Shown here piece by piece: positions 28,640 to 37,240 of a DNA stretch of 37,240 nucleotides (the stretch's first letter is position 1; every line of letters begins with the position of its first letter). The notes below the pieces were generated by a model. It did no database searches. It was not told the DNA's origin and was given only the letters and a program-made list of their open reading frames with translations. The translations under genes and the position numbers were made by a program. The stretch is from Vicinamibacteria bacterium (GTDB lineage: Bacteria > Acidobacteriota > Vicinamibacteria > Fen-336): assembly GCA_039812725.1 (NCBI GenBank), contig JBDIBD010000003.1, positions 1-37,240 of the forward strand, written 5' to 3'.

Positions 28640-29961
28640 GCACCCACGAGATCGACGAGACCCACGACCCCTCGCTGCGCTCCTGGGTGGAGTCGGCCCA
28701 AGACCCGCACACCGACTTCCCCATCCAGAACCTGCCACTGGGCGTCTTCCGCACCGCGCCGGGCCAGCCCGGCCGGGTCGGCGCCGCCATCGGCGACCAG
28801 GTGCTCGACCTGCCGGCCTGCGACCGCGAGGGGCTGCTGCGCGGGATGCCGCTCGAGGTCGAGGCGGCGCTGCGCCAGCCCACGCTCAACGCCTTCATGG
28901 CCCTGCCGCAGCGGCTCCGGCGCGCCCTGCGCCACCGGCTCGGTCACGTGCTGCGCGCCGAGGGGGGCCAGGTCACAGGCCGCCCCAAGGCCGACCGGGT
29001 GCTCGTTCCGCAGTCGCAGGCGGAGCTGCTCCTGCCGGTGGAGATCGGCGACTACACCGACTTCTACGCCTCGGTCTTCCACGCCACCAACGTGGGCAGC
29101 ATGTTCCGCCCGGACAACCCGCTCTTGCCGAACTACAAGTGGGTGCCGATCGGCTACCACGGCCGGGCCTCGTCGATCGTGGCGAGCGGAACGCCGGTGC
29201 GGCGCCCCAGCGGCCAGACCGAGCCCGCCACGCCCGACGCGGCGCCGGGCTTCGGCCCCTCGCGCCTGCTCGACTACGAGCTGGAGCTGGGCTTCTTCGT
29301 GGGACCGGGCAACGCCCTGGGCAGCCCCGTGCCGCTGGCCGAGGCCGAGCGGCACCTGGTGGGCCTGTGCCTGGTGAACGACTGGTCGGCCCGCGACCTG
29401 CAAAAGTGGGAGTACCAGCCGCTGGGGCCGTTCCTGGCCAAGAACTTCGCCACCACGGTCAGCCCCTGGGTGGTGCTCAACGAGGCCCTGGCGCCCTTCC
29501 GCGCGCCGGCCTTCGCGCGCCCCGAGGGCGACCCGCGGCCGCTGCCCCACCTCACGACCGACGAGGACCAGGCCCGCGGCGCCTACGACGTCACGGTCGA
29601 GGCCTGGCTCTCGACGGCCCGCATGCGCGCGACAGGCCAGGCCCCGGTGCGGCTGTCCCAGGCCAGCGCGCGCGACCTCTACTGGACGCCCGCGCAGATG
29701 CTGGCCCACCACGCCTCCGGCGGCTGCAACCTGCGGCCGGGCGACCTGCTGGCCAGCGGCACCGTCTCGGGGCGCGAGAAGGGCGCGCGCGGCTGCCTGC
29801 TGGAGCTGACCTGGCGCGGCAGCGAACCGCTGACGTTGCCGTCGGGCGAGGAGCGCCGTTTCCTGCAGGACGGCGACGAGGTCGTGCTGCGGGCCCACTG
29901 CCAGCGCGAGGGCTTCCGGCGCATCGGCTTCGGCGAGTGCCGCGGGGTGGTGCAGGGCTGA
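28636..29961 (+). CDS. fahA: Fumarylacetoacetase, 441 aa
   Basis: DFPIQNLPLGVF, GDYTDFYAS..HATNVG, PIGYHGRASS, LDYELE, NDWSARDLQ.WEYQPLGPFLAKNF and GDLLASGTVSG. Confidence 0.93.
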   Translation: MSTHEIDETHDPSLRSWVESAQDPHTDFPIQNLPLGVFRTAPGQPGRVGAAIGDQVLDLPACDREGLLRGMPLEVEAALRQPTLNAFMALPQRLRRALRHRLGHVLRAEGGQVTGRPKADRVLVPQSQAELLLPVEIGDYTDFYASVFHATNVGSMFRPDNPLLPNYKWVPIGYHGRASSIVASGTPVRRPSGQTEPATPDAAPGFGPSRLLDYELELGFFVGPGNALGSPVPLAEAERHLVGLCLVNDWSARDLQKWEYQPLGPFLAKNFATTVSPWVVLNEALAPFRAPAFARPEGDPRPLPHLTTDEDQARGAYDVTVEAWLSTARMRATGQAPVRLSQASARDLYWTPAQMLAHHASGGCNLRPGDLLASGTVSGREKGARGCLLELTWRGSEPLTLPSGEERRFLQDGDEVVLRAHCQREGFRRIGFGECRGVVQG

Positions 29962-29996
29962 CGATCCTGGCTGCGGCGCAGCCAGGATCGTCAGCC
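29956..29996. terminator. Perfect 19-bp stem hairpin between convergent fahA and atoE
   Basis: GGCTGACGATCCTGGCTGC-ggc-GCAGCCAGGATCGTCAGCC. Its right arm overlaps a REP end. Confidence 0.6.
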
Positions 29997-30032
29997 TGAG
30001 CGACGACGTCGAGCCTGGAGCGAAGGATGACG
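29989..30032. repeat. Internally deleted REP-like element
   Basis: CGTCAGCCTGAGCGACGACGTCGAGCCTGGAGCGAAGGATGACG: the left arm of the 18959 element joined directly to its right terminus. Confidence 0.7.
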
Positions 30033-30043
30033 ACGGGGACGCG

Positions 30044-31450
30044 CTACAGCGGGTACGGCAGCGTCAGGCCCAGCAGGTAGACCAGCCCGACGCACAGCGG
30101 CGCCAGCACCAGGAAGACCACGAAGGTGTAGCCCATCACGTCGCGGGCCTTGAGACCCAGCAGGGCCAGCGTGGGCAGCATCCAGAACGGCTGCACCAGG
30201 TTGGCCACGGCCTCGCCCAGGTCGTAGACCGCCACCATCCAGCCCAGGTGCACCTGCAGGCGGTGGGCCGTCTCCATCACGTAGGGGGCCTCGATGATCC
30301 ACTTGCCGCCGCCGCTCGGGACGAAGACCCCCAGCACCGCGCTGTAGACCGCGATCACCGGCGGCAGCGTCTCGCGCGTGGCGAACGCCACGAAGAAAGC
30401 CGCGATCTTCTCCGAGAGCGGCGTGTACGCGATCATCCCGGCGATGCCGGCGTAGAAGGGGTACTGCAGCACCACGGCCCAGGTGGCCGGGGTGGCCTCC
30501 TGCACGGCCCGCATCAGGCGCGCGGGGGTGGCGTGCAGCAGCGCCCCGAGCAGCAGCAGCACCAGCAGGATCAGGTCGAGGGTGATGGCGGTCAGCCCGC
30601 CCCCGGCCTTGAGGAACGAGCGCACGACGTAGGCCGCCCCCAGGGCCACGAAGCAGGCCGTGAGCAACCGGCTGTGCTCCAGGCGCTCGCCGGGCCGGCG
30701 CGCTCCTACGTCCTGCTCGTCGGGCGGCGGGGCCAGGGGCACGCCCAGGTCGGCCGCGGTGCGCGCGGCGGCGCCGGTGGGCGTGTAGAGCCAGACGAGG
30801 GCCGACACCACCAGGACCTCGACCGCGATGGCGGCGAAGCTCTGCCACAGGAAGATCGTGTGCGGGAAGCCGATCAGGCCGTCGGGGACCAGCCCGCCGT
30901 GCGAGACGATCTCGCGGATGCGCGGCGACAGCGCCCCGGGCGTCGCCATCTGCAGCGCGGCCGAGCCCGACAGCCCCTGGGCCCAGATGCTGCCCAGCCC
31001 CAGCAGGGTCGAGGCCGCCAGGGCGCGGTAGTCGACGCCCGGCACGCGCCGGGCCACCTCGCGCGCCAGCAGCGCCCCGAAGATCAGCGAGAAGCCCCAG
31101 TTCAGCCAGGCCGTGAGCATGGCGAAGACGGCCACCATCACCACCGCGCCGCGCGGGTCCGTGGTGAGCCCCGCCAGGCCCACGATCAGCCGGTGCACCG
31201 GCCGGGCCGAGGCCACCACGTAGCCCAGCACCAGGATCAGCACCATCTGCATGGTGAAGCGCAGCAGCTCCCAGAAGCCGCGCCCCCAGGCGTCCACCAC
31301 GTCGCCCGGCGGGCTCACCAGCAGGGCCCCGGCGAAGGCGATCACGGTGGCCAGCAGCGCGAAGACGAAGGCGTCCGGCAGCCAGCGCTCGGTGAAATCG
31401 GTGAAACGCAGCGCCAGGCGCGCGACCAGGCCGTCCGCGGGGCGGGACAT
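30044..31450 (-). CDS. atoE: Short-chain fatty acid transporter (AtoE family), 468 aa
   Basis: ERWLPDAFVFA, FTMQM.LILV.G, LNWGFSL, DYRAL, GLSGSAAL, QYPFYAGI, FVPSGGGKW and NLVQPFWMLP. Confidence 0.88.
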   Translation of the reverse strand: MSRPADGLVARLALRFTDFTERWLPDAFVFALLATVIAFAGALLVSPPGDVVDAWGRGFWELLRFTMQMVLILVLGYVVASARPVHRLIVGLAGLTTDPRGAVVMVAVFAMLTAWLNWGFSLIFGALLAREVARRVPGVDYRALAASTLLGLGSIWAQGLSGSAALQMATPGALSPRIREIVSHGGLVPDGLIGFPHTIFLWQSFAAIAVEVLVVSALVWLYTPTGAAARTAADLGVPLAPPPDEQDVGARRPGERLEHSRLLTACFVALGAAYVVRSFLKAGGGLTAITLDLILLVLLLLGALLHATPARLMRAVQEATPATWAVVLQYPFYAGIAGMIAYTPLSEKIAAFFVAFATRETLPPVIAVYSAVLGVFVPSGGGKWIIEAPYVMETAHRLQVHLGWMVAVYDLGEAVANLVQPFWMLPTLALLGLKARDVMGYTFVVFLVLAPLCVGLVYLLGLTLPYPL

Positions 31451-31517
31451 GGCGCGCAGGATACAGCGCCGGGCCCGGTCCCCGCCTGCCCCCGCCGGGG
31501 TGTAGGCTGCGCCCCGC

Positions 31518-35705
<4,188 letters not shown>

Positions 35706-35781
35706 CCACGTGGACTGGCGCCCGCGCGCTGGCTAACATCGTGTCGATGCGCACACGGCCCAGGCCGCGGCGACGGCTGGC

Positions 35782-36126
35782 GTGAAACGAGAGCGCGGGA
35801 CGCACCTGCGCCGAGAGCGCGCGCCGGAGCCGGCGCCCCACTCGGCCACGCTCGACGGGGTCACGTACCAGTGGGAGCTGCGCCATGGCTGGGGCGCGGC
35901 GCCGGGGGCGGGCTACCGCGGCGTCTCGGTCTCGGTCTGGCTGCGCCGGCTGCAGACCCGCGAGCTGATCGTGGACTTTCCCTTCGCGCTCTTCGGCCGC
36001 GAGGCCCCGCCTTTGGCGAAGCTGCAGGCGGCGGTCGAGCGGGCCATCGCCGCCGCCCTGGCGGCCGGCTGGGATCCCGAGTCGCGCGGCCGGGCGCGGC
36101 GCTTCGCGGCGCCCGAAGGGGCCTGA
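35782..36126 (+). CDS. Hypothetical protein, about 114 aa (start uncertain)
   Basis: Codon-biased ORF filling the gap after topB-recQ. Ends AIAAALAAGWDPESRGR. Confidence 0.55.
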   Translation: MKRERGTHLRRERAPEPAPHSATLDGVTYQWELRHGWGAAPGAGYRGVSVSVWLRRLQTRELIVDFPFALFGREAPPLAKLQAAVERAIAAALAAGWDPESRGRARRFAAPEGA

Positions 36127-36130
36127 GGCC

Positions 36131-36598
36131 TCAGCCCCGCTCGAGCGCGGCCGCGGCGCGGCGGCCGCTGCGCACCGCCCCCTCGATGGTGGCAGGCAGG
36201 CCGGTGTCGGTCCAGTCCCCCGCCAGCCACAGGCCGGCGATGGGCGAGCGCTCGCCCGGCCGCAGGGTGGCGCTCGCGGGCGTGCAGGCGAAGGTGGCGC
36301 TGGCCTCGCGCAGCGCGTGCGAGCGCAGCACGCGCGCGCCGGCCATGGCGGGGAAGAGGCGGCGCAGCGACTCCTCGGCCGAGGCCGCCAGCTCGGCGTT
36401 GCGGCGCGGGGCGCTGCGGCGCGCGGCCGAGACGATGAAGGACAGGTGCTGGGGGACGCCGGCGCGGCCGAACAGCCGGCCCTTGTCGAAGACCCACTCC
36501 ATCTCGCCCTCGCGCAGGCCGACCATCGGCCGGTCGAGCACGGGCCGGTCGAGCCACAGCTCGACCGAGACGATGGGCGAGGCGCCCAGCCGCGGCAG
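36131..36598 (-). pseudogene. hpnE: 3' remnant (~155 codons) of an HpnE-like flavin-dependent squalene/phytoene oxidoreductase
   Basis: LGASPIVSVELWLDRPV..WVFDK..RE..ATF..LWLAGDWTDTGLPATIEGAVRSG is the C-terminus of this family. There is no N-terminal GxGxxG domain, and similarity stops about 13 nt from the stop codon of the upstream gene. Confidence 0.7.
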
Positions 36599-36611
36599 CC
36601 CTGACCGGCCA

Positions 36612-37052
36612 CTACCAGTAGCGCCGCACGTCGCCGCCGTCGGCCGCGCGCTCGAAGGCCTTGGCGGCCTCGAAGCCGGCCACCTTGCCGTCGGCCCAGT
36701 CGCCCCAGTGCACGATCTCGTGCAGCAGCGTCGACTCCACCAGCAGGTGCATGCGCGGGTCGCGCCGGTCGGCGTCCGAGCCCTCGAAGCGGTCGCAGAT
36801 GGTCTTGGCGATGAACACCGTGTCGGGCCACTTCTTGCCGATGAACTCGCCGTTGGCCGTGGGGATGTGGCGCCAGTCGACCTCCGGCGGGTGGCCGTGG
36901 TTGATGGCCAGCAGCGACGCCGCGTCCGACAGCTCGGCGTAGCGCTGGAAGGCCTTCAGCACCTTGGGCTTCTTGTTCACCCGTGGGAGCTCGTTGCAGA
37001 TCCACATCGCGAGCTTGGGGTAGGTCTTGATGAAGCCGGCCGACACGATCAT
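36612..37052 (-). CDS. Stand-alone zincin metallopeptidase, Tox-MPTase3-like, 146 aa
   Basis: HExxH in LVESTLLHEIVHWGD, followed by G.E...AFE. N-terminal YPKL. No signal peptide. Confidence 0.6.
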   Translation of the reverse strand: MIVSAGFIKTYPKLAMWICNELPRVNKKPKVLKAFQRYAELSDAASLLAINHGHPPEVDWRHIPTANGEFIGKKWPDTVFIAKTICDRFEGSDADRRDPRMHLLVESTLLHEIVHWGDWADGKVAGFEAAKAFERAADGGDVRRYW

Positions 37053-37146
37053 GGGGAACCCCGCAGGAGGAAGCGCGATGGCGCAGTCTGCGCCAGGTGG
37101 CGTTCCACCGGCGTTCTACAGGCTGCCGGCCGGCCGGGGGCCTGGC

Positions 37147-37240
37147 TCAGGTGGCCAGCTTGCGGCCCAGGCGCTGCTCGATCTTCTCGGTCTTGGCCTT
37201 GAGCCGGCCGCCGGGGGCGGCGCGGTAGTCCATCTTCAGG
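37147..37240 (-). CDS. 3' end of an unidentified gene running off the window
   Basis: LKMDYRAAPGGRLKAKTEKIEQRLGRKLAT-stop, with strong codon bias. Confidence 0.55.
   Translation of the reverse strand, partial: LKMDYRAAPGGRLKAKTEKIEQRLGRKLAT

Noticed and set aside
36123-36134. Palindrome CTGAGGCCTCAG between convergent genes
   Set aside because: Short, and largely produced by two facing TGA stop codons in GC-rich DNA. Not enough to call a terminator.

Overview
Very GC-rich bacterial chromosomal DNA from a diderm: five predicted outer-membrane barrels. Gene content and style suggest an Acidobacteriota/Vicinamibacteria- or myxobacteria-like organism (inference only). Bases 1-20.2 kb are a co-oriented, largely translationally coupled amino-acid deamination/transport island. 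It holds aspT (5'-partial), an L-serine dehydratase with a twin-arginine leader, an MFS transporter, aspartase, a DASS transporter, a signal-peptide asparaginase, an amidohydrolase and a signal-peptide glutaminase, plus DcaP-like and other porins and several unknown exported proteins. Three sub-operons of the island are each headed by the same 26-bp motif (GGTAACTTACSCGSCTGTTACTTCCS), whose regulator is not in the window. Downstream are a vapBC pair with a palindromic operator, a membrane protein, an M16 protease, an FG-GAP surface protein, an unknown gene coupled to fahA, and atoE. These are followed by a 1395-aa topoisomerase III-RecQ-HRDC fusion whose linker contains palindromic repeat DNA, and an hpnE 3' remnant abutting a Tox-MPTase3-like metallopeptidase. 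CGTC-type REP-like palindromes occur five times in different rearranged states. No rRNA, tRNA, CRISPR array, transposase or integrase was recognised. All family calls come from motif recognition by eye, not from database searches.
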